A program made the translations under genes and the position numbers. A stretch of 64,000 nt of DNA from Octopus sinensis. Its lineage: Eukaryota. The stretch spans positions 68,634,001 to 68,698,000 of the forward strand of contig NC_043000.1 of assembly GCF_006345805.1 (NCBI RefSeq). The letters run 5' to 3'. Numbering within the stretch: position 1 is the stretch's first letter; every line of letters begins with the position of its first letter. Of this stretch, positions 28,113 to 39,981 are shown in pieces. The notes under the pieces are model-generated. The model was given only the letters and a program-made list of their open reading frames with translations. It was not told the origin of the DNA and did no database searches.

Positions 28113-28329
28113 CTCAAATTGCATAATCTATTAACAGTGAAACAATTGTCTAGGGTAAATCTACATTTGTCCTGCTCGCTTACGTTCATAGTTGTGCTAA
28201 TTTTTTTTGAGAACAATTCTTGGTGTTTGAGACCATTGCGGATCTATTTTTAGCGCAAGAGCGTCCACATAGTGGATTCTCTCTTATATTTGTGTATAAA
28301 TATACACACGCATTCCTTTTTGGAACTCT

Positions 28330-28614
28330 CTTGCCTTATAAAACCTTGTTTCGACTACCTTCAACTTCTGTTCTTTCGACATGTGATCTCTTGAGCACCA
28401 CCAGCTCAAATATTTTCTCCTCTGTCTTCCCTCCTTGGGATCTTTCCTTCTCCTTGTTTCCGACGAAGAGCTCCGCTCGAAACATTAAACCCTCCTTCCC
28501 TTCTTTCCTGAGCGTCAATAATACTTTAATTATTCCACGTCCTGCGTCGCTGTGTTTTTTCCCCTTTTTTCTCTTTTTTTTTCTCTTTTTTTCTGTGTTT
28601 TCTTGTTTGGATTA

Positions 28615-28616
<2 letters not shown>
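28330..28616 (+). mobile_element. PLE-type terminal repeat, family P1, copy 1
   Basis: Homologous to 35121-35320; both end at ggattaac followed by (TA)n; carries a hammerhead motif. Confidence 0.72.
28456..28490 (+). ncRNA. Minimal hammerhead motif, degraded
   Basis: gttt-CCGACGA-a-gagc(tcc)gctc-GAAAC-att-aaac; U4>C and the cleavage triplet is mutated. Confidence 0.55.
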
Positions 28617-28664
<48 letters not shown>

Positions 28665-28683
28665 TGCATTCATACATACACAC

Positions 28684-28736
<53 letters not shown>

Positions 28737-31639
28737 TAGTACATATATACATACATATACAAATATGTGTGTGTTTGTGTATGTGAGAGAGAAAGAAGGG
28801 GGAGTGAGTCAGAGGGAAAAGGGAGAGGAAGGAGGAGAAAGAGAGACACTGATGATTTAAAAGGAAAATTTACTCAGCTGACGATCACTCCAACAGATCT
28901 TAATGCGAAAAATCTGAAAATAAAAAACACAAATGCGTTTGTTCTAGTGCAGTCACCCAGAGAGGCAATACTTGAGAATATCTGGCAACGAGCAATTGTT
29001 AGTTTGTAGGATATCCACTGGGCAGAGTGTCAACGTCTATCATTTATATGCATGCTTAAAAGTGTGCTCGAGTTTGTTTCTCAACATATTTGCCAAAATA
29101 GTTTGTTTTATTGCATCTGTTATCATGAAATTTAGATTACATTTTACCAAGCTGTGATATTATTATAGCGTCTTATGCTATTAAAATATTTATATCTTAA
29201 TGCTTCTTCGCTTTAATTTACTCTGTTTATGTAAATTTCGCATGTAGGAAAAATGTAGACAGGGAGACCAATCTAGAAAACAAAGTTTGGTGAAGTGGTT
29301 TGGTATGAGACAAAGAAACAATAACGGTAGCAGTAAAAGTATGTGCTTCTAGTAGTACACAGATTGCTACTTCAGAAAAGTAAAACAAATTAGTAGCAGT
29401 AGAAGAGGTAGTAAGAGAATACAATACATCAGTGTTAATAGCTGTAATGTGTTAGAGATTGGTGGTTTGTTCGTCAATGAGATGGCCATTTTCTATAATG
29501 CGTGTGGGAAGGTTTTCGTAGCGAGTTTTTAAGAGTAAAAACAATATAGCCTTATAGAAACATTAGAAACATTTTCTCGATAGGTATAATCATTGCGTAT
29601 ATGTGGTGCTGAATGGTACTGGAAAGGGTCTACCCCCATTGGAGAATTTTTCAATGCCTCAGGTCATGAAAGGGATGGATGTTTAGCATAAGGTATGCAT
29701 ATTTTGTGTGGTTGACGCTTGTAAAGGAAAAGTAATCGGAGAGTTATGTAACGTGCAGAAGAGTATATGTGAATGGAAATGACCAAGAGGAGATGGTTTG
29801 TATAAGGACGAGTTGGAAAATATTAGTGGGTCACGATACATAGCAGAGTTGATAATACAGAGTTGATTAGAGAGTTAGTGATCTGCTGTAAATGCTGTGA
29901 TAAAATAGTTTTACAGAAAAGTGGAACCCAATAAACGAGCAATATTTACTGGACGTCCTCGCACCTACTTTGCCTTCTTCGAAGCTTTCAAGAGCGGCAA
30001 ACTACTGATATATTACATGGAAAACAGATCTCTGGTAGACCGAGTTGCTCGAAAAACATACTTCATCACTTTTGATATATTGCATGCAAGGGTGACAGGC
30101 CTGTAGTTGGGAGTATCGGAGAGGTATTCATTTCCCTATATCTTTTCAGATTCGAGCCCATTATTGCTATAATAGAACACACAGCACTAAGAATCTAAAC
30201 TTCACTGCACAGACATCTAATTGCATGCATACGTATGGCAATGAAACAAGAGAAAGAGACGGGTGGGTCAGACAGACAGACAGACAGACGGAAGGAAGAG
30301 TTCTCCCACTCTCAAACACCCTTTGTTTCTTGACTGACGTATGGGTGAGAATATACTCCAATTTGAAAAGCATTCCATGATACGAGAGAAAATACTAAGT
30401 CAGTTTTTAAATACATTTCAAAAGAAATTCTTCTCATGTATAATAAGCTGAATGAACAAGGTAAAAATAAGATTTTACTTTGAAATGCAATCTATTCAGT
30501 GCATTTATCACAACATCGCTGTAAGAAACAGTAGAGCATACAATGTTGTTGTCATTGTAGTTCGTCTCGTATCTAAATTTACCATGTTGACTCAGATTCC
30601 TGTATTATATCTTCGTATAGAGGTTAAGACACGCTTCATTTTTCTATGACTTTATTCTTTCAATTGTTTAAATGAGTGTTTCAGTGAGTGCGAGAATTCC
30701 ATTAGAAGAGAATTTATTTCTAACATTGTTACAAAGCCATGAATTTGGGACTTAGGTGCAGTCTAATAAAATGACCCCAATACTTGACCGGAATTTTCTT
30801 GACTGCCTCGAAAGGATGACATATTTAGTCAACTTTAGTAGTGCGTGAACTCAGAACGTAAAAGGCTACAACTAAATGCTACAGAAAATTTTGTCTAAGG
30901 CTCTACATATGTTTTATACGTTATGTAAGAGTTGTTGTTGTCGTTGTTGATGATGATGATGATGATGATGATGAAGAGGAGGAGGAGGATTGCCATTAAT
31001 GATGATGTTGTTGTTGCTCGTAATCACATTGCTGTTTATTTCTAAGCTATCAAACATATTCAAGCTATGATCATGCATAGTGTATTATCTAATGTATCAG
31101 TTTCTTTAAAAGACGATCGGCTATGGATCGAGATAGGTTTGATGAAGCAACCACATGCAGTTTCCCTTGTTGTTTCAATGATATAACTAGCTTGAGAAGA
31201 TGGGGTTTCTATCAAATTCCTTTGCTACATTATATAATACTTAGAAGGTAATGCAAAGTTATGAACGTAATACCAATATGTTACAATGAGACTCACAATG
31301 TACTACATACATATATGATTACAAAAATGTTCGTTTTTGCGCCTTGTTTTATTTTCTTCATATTGACAACTCTTTTATTCTTATCGAAAGACTTATATAC
31401 TTTATTTAGTATCATTGTAAGTAGGCCTTTCTTTTTTTTCTGTTTCGCCCCAGCCACTACTCATAATCACACATCCTTTCCCAGTCTTTCTCCATTCCAG
31501 CCAATAAGACTGAACTACATATTTTTTTTCATTTCTATCTCATCTCCATTGTAATCAATTGCCTAATATCCTTATCTTGTTCCCACATCTGAAGGAATGC
31601 ATATGCTGTGAGTATCACTCCTCTGAGTCGTTTGTTGGC

Positions 31640-31675
<36 letters not shown>

Positions 31676-31899
31676 TTGTTCGTAATCACATTGCTGTTTA
31701 TTTCTAAGGAATTCTCGCACTCACTGAAACACTATAGTATTTTGTAGCACCATCCGGTGGTGTAAAACCATGGCTTTTGAGTAGCAGGAATCTTCCAGGG
31801 GACAGTTGGTAGGATTTCGACAGTTGTAGGTGGGAGTGTAGACTGGAGTCTGTGGATGCATGTTCGTGTGTATTATAGCATACGATAATAAAAGCAATG

Positions 31900-32085
31900 T
31901 TATCTAAACACGGCTAGCTGACCTTAATATTATGAGAATTGAAAAGTTTATGGTATCTATGCATTCTAGGTAAATGTTTCCTAAGGGCAGGAAGTTCGTG
32001 GCTATATTGGTAGAAACATCTAGGCTAAACAGAACATTATACCAGATTACCTTTCTTTTATCTAATTGGGAAAACTCCACCCTTT
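31900..32085 (-). mobile_element. PLE RT C-terminal fragment, decayed
   Basis: KRKVIWYNVLFSLDVSTNIATNFL resembles the PLE motif RKIIWFNPPFS.NV.TN.A..FL and the RNII*F..SLNVKTSVGRIFL stretch at ~36110. Confidence 0.5.
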
Positions 32086-34098
32086 TGTCCCGCTTCATCT
32101 AGAAACTTTGAGACCACAGTAGCCTTACCTAACATCAAATGAAATATTCTCCATAGTATCCTACTTTAGTTACCCGGAGCTCACAACTGCCAACTCTTTC
32201 TCCATGAAAGATAGTATATAATCCAACAGCTTACTGTATCCACTAATAGAAAGGTAGATATTTCATACTGATATAGAAGATATGCACCCTGGTGTATTTC
32301 TACCAACTGATCCCCATTAATTCCAATAATATTTATATTTCATACTAAACCGGGCCGTCGTATGCAATTCAGTGACCCAGTAGACTCATCATATGTATAG
32401 ATCTGCATCAAACACCACACAACAGTGACCAAGTGACATTAACATCCTGCCTGCTTTAACATGTGGTGTATCGCTAAGCAGTTACTACATCTACATGACA
32501 ATAACTGACCATTAGACGTTAAACTTTCTCTTCACTCTCTCTTCTTCTCTCCCCTTTTCTCTCCTTCACTCTCTCTCTCTCTCTCTCTCATTCTCTCATC
32601 CTGTCTCCCTGTAATACAGGGATCATTTTCACCATCTCATTACAAGATTCTTTTTTTTAACTTTGCATGTTAGAAACACGATTTCCCGTCTGAAGGTAAA
32701 TATATGAATATATATGTGTATGTATGAATGTATGTGTATATCTATGAATGTACTTTAATACGTAAAGCCAATATTTATATTTTTAAAGTCTTTTCAGTTA
32801 TATAGAATTATTTTCACATTTATTGGACCCTCCGCTATATTTTGCTCAAAAAATATCCGCGAGCCGGCAAAATTGCCAGAACGTTGAAGCAAATGCCTTG
32901 CAGTATTTCTGCTCGTTCTTTACTTTCTGAGTTCAACTCCCACCAAGATTAATTTGCCGTTCACCTCACCGCGGTCGATAAAATAGGTGCCAATCAACTA
33001 TGTTCCTCTCCTCAAAATTTCTGGCCTAGTGCCTGAAACAGAAATATTTATCTTCACACACAGAGACACACACACACACATACACAAACACACCATATAT
33101 ACATACAGACAGACAGACAGACATGCATGCATACACGTACGCGCGCGCGTACTTATTTATGCGTGCGTATATCTAAAATCTTCGTGCAACGAACTAAATC
33201 GAAAAAAGCAAGCACAAATCTAGTCTTTTATAGTGAGTATACAGTATACTGTATCCGCGTAACACACCTAACTCACCCACACATACCAAGAAAAGAAAAA
33301 GAGAAGAAATCGAAAGTGTGGAAGAGGGTGAACGAGGGGAAAAGAAGGTGGAGATAGAGAGAGGGGGAGGAAGGAGAGAGAAAGAGAACGAGAGGGTCGA
33401 AAGGGAGAGAGGAAACAGAATGAGAGAACGTCAGGGGATGGCTCGCAGTTTAGAAACAACAGATGAATGAAAGACTAGCCTTTGTCGAATGGGAACAATG
33501 CTTACCGTATTCTATATATTTTTCTAGTACATTTTCAGATTTATCTTTCGTTTACTACATACCTTCTTTCTTTCATATCTTTTTTCCTCCTTTTCTCATT
33601 TCCTTTCTTACCCATTCTTTCGTATTTACTTTCTACTCTCTACCTTCGTCTCTTCCTTTCCCCACTTTTATTTTATTTTGTTTTTAATTTTAATTTTTGT
33701 TTTCTACGGTGAAAAAATAACAAAGACAAAAACAAAAAACACATCACTGTTAGACTCTGTACGAATACTTTTATTTCTTTGTTTTGACTTGTATCTGCAC
33801 GGAGTGACCAGAGGTCAGTTGATCTAGCTGAAGCTATATAAACAAATACTGAGGAGGGGCGTGTTACATTCAGCTTATTTCTTCTTTCTCTTTCTCTCCT
33901 TTCTCTCATATTTTCTTTCTTTTTCTTCCTTCTCCGGTCATGTTCTTTTTAGGCCTTGTGCCAACATTCGTAGTTCGTAGGCAAACAGTGTGGTCTTGTT
34001 ATTGCGTGTTTCAATTTTGAGAGGATTGTCACTAAGTATTTAGTAAAGAATTGTTGCAATCTAATGAACTGAGTGCATATATATACATATACATACAT

Positions 34099-34141
<43 letters not shown>

Positions 34142-34231
34142 ATTTTGAAAATTAAAGGTGTCTATTTACTTCCTGCATGTCTGTGTATATATATGTATAT
34201 ATATGTATATATATGTATGTATGTATATATA

Positions 34232-34274
<43 letters not shown>

Positions 34275-34391
34275 ATATATATATGTACCGGGGTAAACAC
34301 ATAAATGTGAAACGATGTGGAAAAAAGAGTACTCAAATACCAGAGGTAGAGTAATATGCTTTATTTAAAAGCAATAGAAATTTGACAAAAG

Positions 34392-34429
34392 CTGTTACTC
34401 GGAGTTTCACGTTCCCGTTCGTTGGACAC
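34392..34429 (-). ncRNA. Hammerhead motif, left arm, degraded core
   Basis: gtgt-CCAACGA-acg(ggaa)cgt-GAAAC-tccga-GTA-acag. Confidence 0.5.
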
Positions 34430-34880
34430 TTTTGTTAAAATAGAACCGAGATGACAATTCGATCAAGACTAGCATAAGCGACACACCTTTAAAAATGGAT
34501 TTGTTTGATTGGTCCTTTCAAATAACGGTCATATGCGAGCGATAAACAAAAATAAACAAAACAAATAAATGAGTTCAATATAAAATTATAAAAATCGAGG
34601 AAAAACCTTAAATCGAAGATTTGATTGAAATACATATTGTCATTAATTATGAAGAAAATATAATTCTATTAATACAATTAATACATGTAGAAAATATAAA
34701 TCTTCGATTTAAGGTTTTTTCTCGATTTTTATAATTTTATTTTGAACTCATTTATTTGTTTTGTTTATCGCTCGCATATGACCGTTATTTGAAAGGACCA
34801 ATCAAACAAATCCATTTTTAAAGGTGTATCATTTATACTAGTCGTGATAGAATTGTCATCCCGGTTCTATTTTAACAAAA

Positions 34881-34918
34881 CTGTCTGACGAACGGGAACG
34901 TGAAACTCCGAGTAACAG
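34881..34918 (+). ncRNA. Minimal type I hammerhead ribozyme, unpaired core intact
   Basis: Stem I ctgt/acag; CTGACGA; stem II acg/cgt with GGAA loop; GAAA; stem III act/agt; GUA cleavage triplet. Confidence 0.8.
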
Positions 34919-35021
34919 CTTTTGTCAAATTTCTACTGCTTTTAAATAAAGCATATTACCCTACCTCTGGTATTTGAGTACTCTTTTTTCCACCTCGTTT
35001 CACATTTATGTGTTTACCCCG

Positions 35022-35120
<99 letters not shown>

Positions 35121-35320
35121 ACCTCGTCTGTATCACTAGCGATTTTTCCCCTGTCTTCCCTTCTCGGGATCTTTCCTTCTCCTATGTTTCCGACGAAGAG
35201 CTCCGCTCGAAACGTCAAACCCTCCTTCTTCCCTTCTTTCCTGAGCGTCCAATAATACTTTATTTGTTCCACGTCCTTGCGTTGTTGTTTCTTTGTTTTT
35301 GTTTTCTTGTTTGGATTAAC
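35121..35320 (+). mobile_element. PLE-type terminal repeat, family P1, copy 2
   Basis: Homologous to 28410-28616; flanked by (TA)n/(TG)n and (TA)n. Confidence 0.75.
35186..35220 (+). ncRNA. Minimal dimer-type hammerhead motif
   Basis: gttt-CCGACGA-a-gagc(tcc)gctc-GAA-ACGT-C-aaac; palindromic ACGT stem III, GUC triplet, U4>C deviation. Confidence 0.68.
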
Positions 35321-35354
<34 letters not shown>

Positions 35355-35364
35355 ATATATAAGG

Positions 35365-35925
35365 AAGCTTCGCTGTTTGAAGAGAATTATGGAAAACGAG
35401 TCCCGTTCGAAGGCTTCTGGCATTGCAAAACCGCTAGAAGTTAGTCCAAGAACGTGTGTTGCATATCTGCATAAGCTTGGGTATTATGGACGAGCAACTA
35501 GAAGAAAACCTCTCCTTCAACCAGTTAATATGAAAAGAAAGAAAAGGGCTAAGGAGACGTCAGAAAAATCCAGTTCATATTGGGGTAGAGTGATTTTTTC
35601 AGATGAATCCAAATTTGCATTATCTTCAAACAGTGGACGTGTTTGGGTCTGGAGGCTTCTCAATCAAGAATTTGATTTGAAATAACTCCAACCTACTGTG
35701 AAATATAGCGGTATTTCTGTGATGGTATAGGGAGCTGTCACCAGCAATGGTCGTTCTGAGCTGATCGAATGTGTTGGAACCATAAACTCTGAAAAATATA
35801 TCATCGAAATACTTAAGCAAGGACTACTTCCGATGTATTCACACGATAACATAACGAAAAATGAGTTTTTATTCTTGGAAGATGGGGCTCCATGCTACAC
35901 AGCGAAAAGGTATCAACAATGGCGG
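35365..35925 (+). mobile_element. Tc1 (DD34E-type) transposase fragment
   Basis: LHKLGYYGRATRRKPLL..WGRVIFSDESKF..GRVWVWR..LQPTVK..SVMV*GA..INSEKYI.EIL..FLEDGAPC. Confidence 0.92.
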
Positions 35926-35929
35926 ACGT

Positions 35930-37360
35930 CACGTTAATCCCTACTGCAAGCCAAATGAGAGGCTGACGTACATCAACACAGCCTTTCCTCCAGCCAAGAG
36001 ATTTTTGATGCAGCAGCCCCTTACTATAACGAGGCCTTAACTGCAAGCGGATTTAGGGACCGCATCTCCTACATGCCGGGCCCCAACATCCGTAGAAGGA
36101 AGTGCCACAGAAATATCATTTAGTTTGCATCCCCGCCTCTCTTAACGTAAAAACGTCTGTAGGTAGGATATTCCTGAAGTTAATAGATAAACATTTCATT
36201 AGTTCACATAGATACAGGCGCATTTTCAACAGACACAATCTTTGGGTCTCTTTTAGCTGTGCCCCTAATATTAAGGGCATTCTAGTTAGCACCCCTAGGC
36301 CACGAGTGGAGCAGGATGTTTATACAGGGACCGCAACAGATACTCAGCGAGGAGCCACTGCGAAACCAAGGGAGTCGTCTATGAAGCCGAGGTACTGGCC
36401 GACCTTAGCAGCAGCAGCAACATCAGTAGCTCCCCTAACGGCGGACATAGTAGCAGGGATGTCAGTAACAATAGTAGCAGCAGCAGAAACGCGAACAGAA
36501 CCAACAGCATCTTCGCCACCGATAACAGCAATGGCAGTATCCCTAACGGAAATAGCAGCAGAGACACTGCCAATGACATCTACAACAGCAACGACAGCGT
36601 CTCCATCAATGGCGATGTCTTTGATAACAATAACTGTACCTTTACCGTCACTGGCAGTGGTGGCACCAACACCATCGCCACCTCCAATGATTCCAACACC
36701 AACAACGTCAGCACCAACAACGCCAGTTCCAGCAACAACGGTGGCAGCGACGTCAACACCAACAGACAACACACCAACATCAACACCCAACCACGGAGAT
36801 ACATCAGCTGTTCCGGGAACTCGTTTAAACAACGCCTTTCCAATCACAGACCCTCCTTCAGGATACCGGAAAGTAGATTCGTCACGTCATTAGCCAGCCA
36901 TGTATGGTAGCTGATTTACGACGGGATTCCATACACAATATCATGGAGAATCCTAGAAAATCCAGGCCCCTACATTAACGGGACCATTATGCATAGTGGA
37001 ACGGACGAGAATCCTAAAGGACTTCCTCGACCCAAGAAACATCATGAACTCCAGAACGGAGGTCTTCGGACCGTGCTTACATTTCAGGAAATTCTTGCTA
37101 GCCTATTGGAACCTACGAGATAACAGGGTCACCGACGATTGATAGCCAAGGTTAGACAATCCTCTTTGTTGACATCAGCGTTCGATAGCCTTTGATGACA
37201 TTGAGTAGTGGGGTCCTTTCCCCCTCCATATTCTGGAGAGGTTACTCGCTAGAGAGGCCTTTAGTCAACAGGTTTGGGGATCTGATGATACGTCATAAAA
37301 CTAAGCCCTTTATGGATGTGAAACTTAAGGTAATCCTATAAACTGACCTGATCTAACTTT
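35930..37360 (+). mobile_element. Penelope-like element #1: RT C-terminus, GIY-YIG endonuclease with a large insertion, 3' hammerhead
   Basis: PYCKPN..EIFDAAAPYYNEAL.ASG..RNII*F..LNVKTSVGRIFLKLIDKHF..IFNRHN; after a frameshift HCETKGVVYEAEV[...]RRYISCSGNSFKQRLSNHRPSF..SHVW*L..SWRIL..LCIVE..CLHFRKFLL. Confidence 0.9.
37278..37336 (+). ncRNA. Type I hammerhead motif at the 3' end of PLE #1
   Basis: ggat-CTGATGA-t-acgtcataaa(loop)tttatggatgt-GAAAC-ttaag-GTA-atcc; stem I ggat/atcc; the 10.1:11.1 pair is U.U. Confidence 0.72.
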
Positions 37361-37361
37361 A

Positions 37362-37662
37362 TGTTTGTTCCTTCTCGAGTTACACCTGGCTCACAGGGCC
37401 GGTTTTCCGGTTTCCTTGGCGTATAGGTTCTCCACCTGGACGGGACGCCGGTCTGTGGCAGATGAGCTGCAAGATGCAGGAGGAAAGGATGAGAGAAAGT
37501 TGTGGCGAAAGAGTCAGCAGAAATTCGCACTTTTCCTTCTGCCGGAGCCGCGTGGAGCTTAGGTGTTTCGCTCATAAATACACATATCGCCCGATCTGAG
37601 ATTCGAACCCGCGATCTCTCGACCGCGAGTCCGCTGCTCTAATCACTAGGCCGCGCGCCTCC
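37362..37662 (-). mobile_element. tRNA-headed SINE family D2
   Basis: Head ggaggcgcgcggcctagtgattagagcagcggactcgcggtcgagagatcgcgggttcgaatc; shares its 5' half with 23877 but has a different 3' half. Confidence 0.82.
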
Positions 37663-37762
37663 ACTAAACTTTAATATATACTGCTCTGTAACTTAGAGTA
37701 TACTTCTTTCTTCGAATTATGATTGCGGACGATCCAATATATAACAAGGGGAAAATACACAC

Positions 37763-37843
<81 letters not shown>

Positions 37844-37849
37844 TGTGTG

Positions 37850-39068
37850 TATTTTGCCCTTGTTTACAATTAACACGGAAAAAATAGATACATAGTTACC
37901 AGGGTAGGAAAAAGTCATAGAAGTAAAAAGGTTGTAACTCGTTTTTAAAGGTAGAAACTTCGGGTTTACGAGAAATTTTTTGTATAATATATAAATAAAT
38001 AAATGGAGTTTATCGCAGGTGTAATTCAAATTCTCTTACTTCCGACATATGTTTCGAAGATATCACTGATATTATTCCAAAGGAAATAAAATGGTGTAAA
38101 ACAATGTAATCTTCTCTTCAGGGAAGTGAAGAAATGAAACTCGTCAATAAGACATTTTAATAGAAAATGATGGATATGTATAGTGATTAACTGAACACTA
38201 TTAATATTGTTTCAAAAAAATGTTATCGGATATAACGTCAGAGGTAGCCTATAGAAAGAGCAGAGATAAAGTGAAGAAAAAACTAAATAAATGAGAAGTA
38301 TATGACTATATGTATATTAAATAAAGCCTTATAGACTAGGGAAATATATATTTAGTGAATGTGAAATATAAAAAGAAAATTAATGTTTAAATTATATATA
38401 ATGATAGAGATCACTTATATGAACTAAAGGTGTGTTTTTGCCAATGTTTACATCGGTATGCACGCTCTATAACCGTGTTTACAAACAGATTTTTAGAAAA
38501 AAGAATGAAAAATTGTTCAGAATTACAGAGAAGACAGAATTCCTTGCCTTTGTCATAAGGTGTCGAGATTGAGAGAATCAACCAATCTAAATTAAACTGT
38601 TTATTGTGGTCTTTTAGATCCCAAATTAATTTACTAAGCCTTGTACTGTTACCGTTATTCCTATCCCTAAATGTCGAGTAATGATTAGAAATTCTTCTAG
38701 ATAACTGTGAAGACGTGCTTCCCATATAAAAATATACTTGATTATGAGTAGTAATTTTACACTGGTATATAGAATTTTTAATTTTAGAGTTACTTGACAT
38801 AAACTTAATGCTGTTGGAATTGATTTCATATACAATAACCTTGTTATTAATATTTCTAGAGGGAAAAAAATTAATTTAAACATAAATTTTACTTTTATTT
38901 TTCACATTCACTAGATATACATTTTCCCTAGTCTATAAGGTTTTATTTAATATACATATAGTCATATAATTCTCATTTATTTAGTTTTTCTTTACTTTAT
39001 CTCTCCTCTTTCTATAGGCTACCTCTGACGTTATATCCTATAACGTTTTTTTTAAACAATATTAATAG
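37850..39068 (-). mobile_element. Penelope-like element #2: 5'-truncated, stop-free GIY-YIG ORF (38411-38800), inverted terminal duplication, 3' hammerhead
   Basis: SIYQCKITTHNQVYFYMGSTSSQLSRRISNHYSTF..STRLSKLIWDLK..DWLIL..PYDKGKEFCLLCNSE..RCKHWQKH; 196-bp inverted repeats 38198-38393 / 38873-39068; ends at (TC)n(TA)n in element orientation. Confidence 0.92.
38040..38125 (-). ncRNA. Type I hammerhead ribozyme, fully canonical core, long stem II insert
   Basis: ttcc-CTGAAGA-gaagat[47 nt]atcttc-GAAAC-atat-GTC-ggaa; G10.1-C11.1 pair; palindromic acatatgt stem III; GUC triplet. Confidence 0.85.
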
Positions 39069-39069
39069 C

Positions 39070-39295
39070 TATTTCTTTACTACCCACGAGGGGCTCAACA
39101 CAGAGAGGACAAACAAGGATAGACAAACGGATTAAGTCGATTATATCGACCCCAGCGCGTAACTGGTACTTATTTAATCGACCCCGAAAGGATGAAAGGC
39201 AAAGTCGACCTCGGCGGAATTTGAACTCAGAACGTAGCGGCAGACGAAATGCTGCTAAGCATTTCGCCCGGCGTGCTAACGATTCTGCCAGCTCG
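39070..39295 (-). mobile_element. SINE family A, variant tail (A2)
   Basis: Close to consensus; tail cccacgaggggctcaacacagagaggacaaacaagg is shared with the 11553 and 62883 copies. Confidence 0.9.
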
Positions 39296-39937
39296 CAGTT
39301 AATCACTATACATAACCTGCTGATCTTTCATGGGACTTTTGAGTATTGACAAATCCAGCCTTAGAAATGTGTACACGGCCACACGTTACACACTTCCAAC
39401 ACTTTATATTTTCGTTGAGATTCTGATGATAGCTCCACCGAAGCCAGCGCTCTTTTAAGCTTTCGCAAGCAAGGCGACCCATTTCAAAAAATTTTACAGC
39501 TTTCCTTTATACGCTTCCATCACTCTGCTCTTTCCTAGAAAAAAATTTGAGATTATTCGACTGGGCAGAATTAGTAGAGCACCGGATTAAATGTCTTGTG
39601 GTGTTTAGTTATATCTTCCTGAATCTAAATTCAACTTTTGCCTTGATGGACTTTATTTTTGGGTTCGATAGCATAATATCAATTACATATTGGGGGTCTG
39701 TGCTTCATCTCATTCTTTATGGCTACGTACTGTTTAAAAAATAAAAGTCAACTACCGCTTACCCGACGCTAGTTTCTGTACATGCACCTCTTTTTTGCCA
39801 TATCCCTTTCTCTCTCATGCAAAATTCTAATCTCCTTTCATTTTCACCAGCTACGTCCCCTGTTTTTATTTTACATATCTAATCGCGCGAAAACACTTCG
39901 TACACCACCAAGTTGATAATGTATCACACAACACACA

Positions 39938-39981
<44 letters not shown>

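Larger units (their letters stand above)
34285..35025. mobile_element. 740-bp foldback element in (TA)n with a hammerhead motif in each arm
   Basis: Inverted arms 34285-34622 and 34698-35025 (about 90-95% identical by eye, one 10-bp indel), 75-bp spacer; termini gtaccggggtaaacac / gtgtttaccccggtac; (TA)n on both sides. Confidence 0.9.

Noticed and set aside
29430-29900. Possible decayed PLE coding sequence; also 32250-32520
   Set aside because: Motif traces are too weak to assign by eye.
34285-35025. Foldback as a Tc1/mariner MITE
   Set aside because: TA flanks fit, but the arms contain an internal hammerhead and AATAAA like the PLE repeats; the MITE model is disfavoured, not excluded.
36344-36847. 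Antisense Val/Gly- and Leu-rich ORFs
   Set aside because: Shadow frames of the triplet-derived insert.
36102-36893. 263-aa Thr/Pro/Ala-rich ORF resembling a mucin
   Set aside because: The first ~70 aa are PLE RT C-terminus; the rest is an off-frame reading of the GIY-YIG region and its low-complexity insert.
39420-39450. ctgatgatagctccaccgaagcc
   Set aside because: No stem II and no GAAA.
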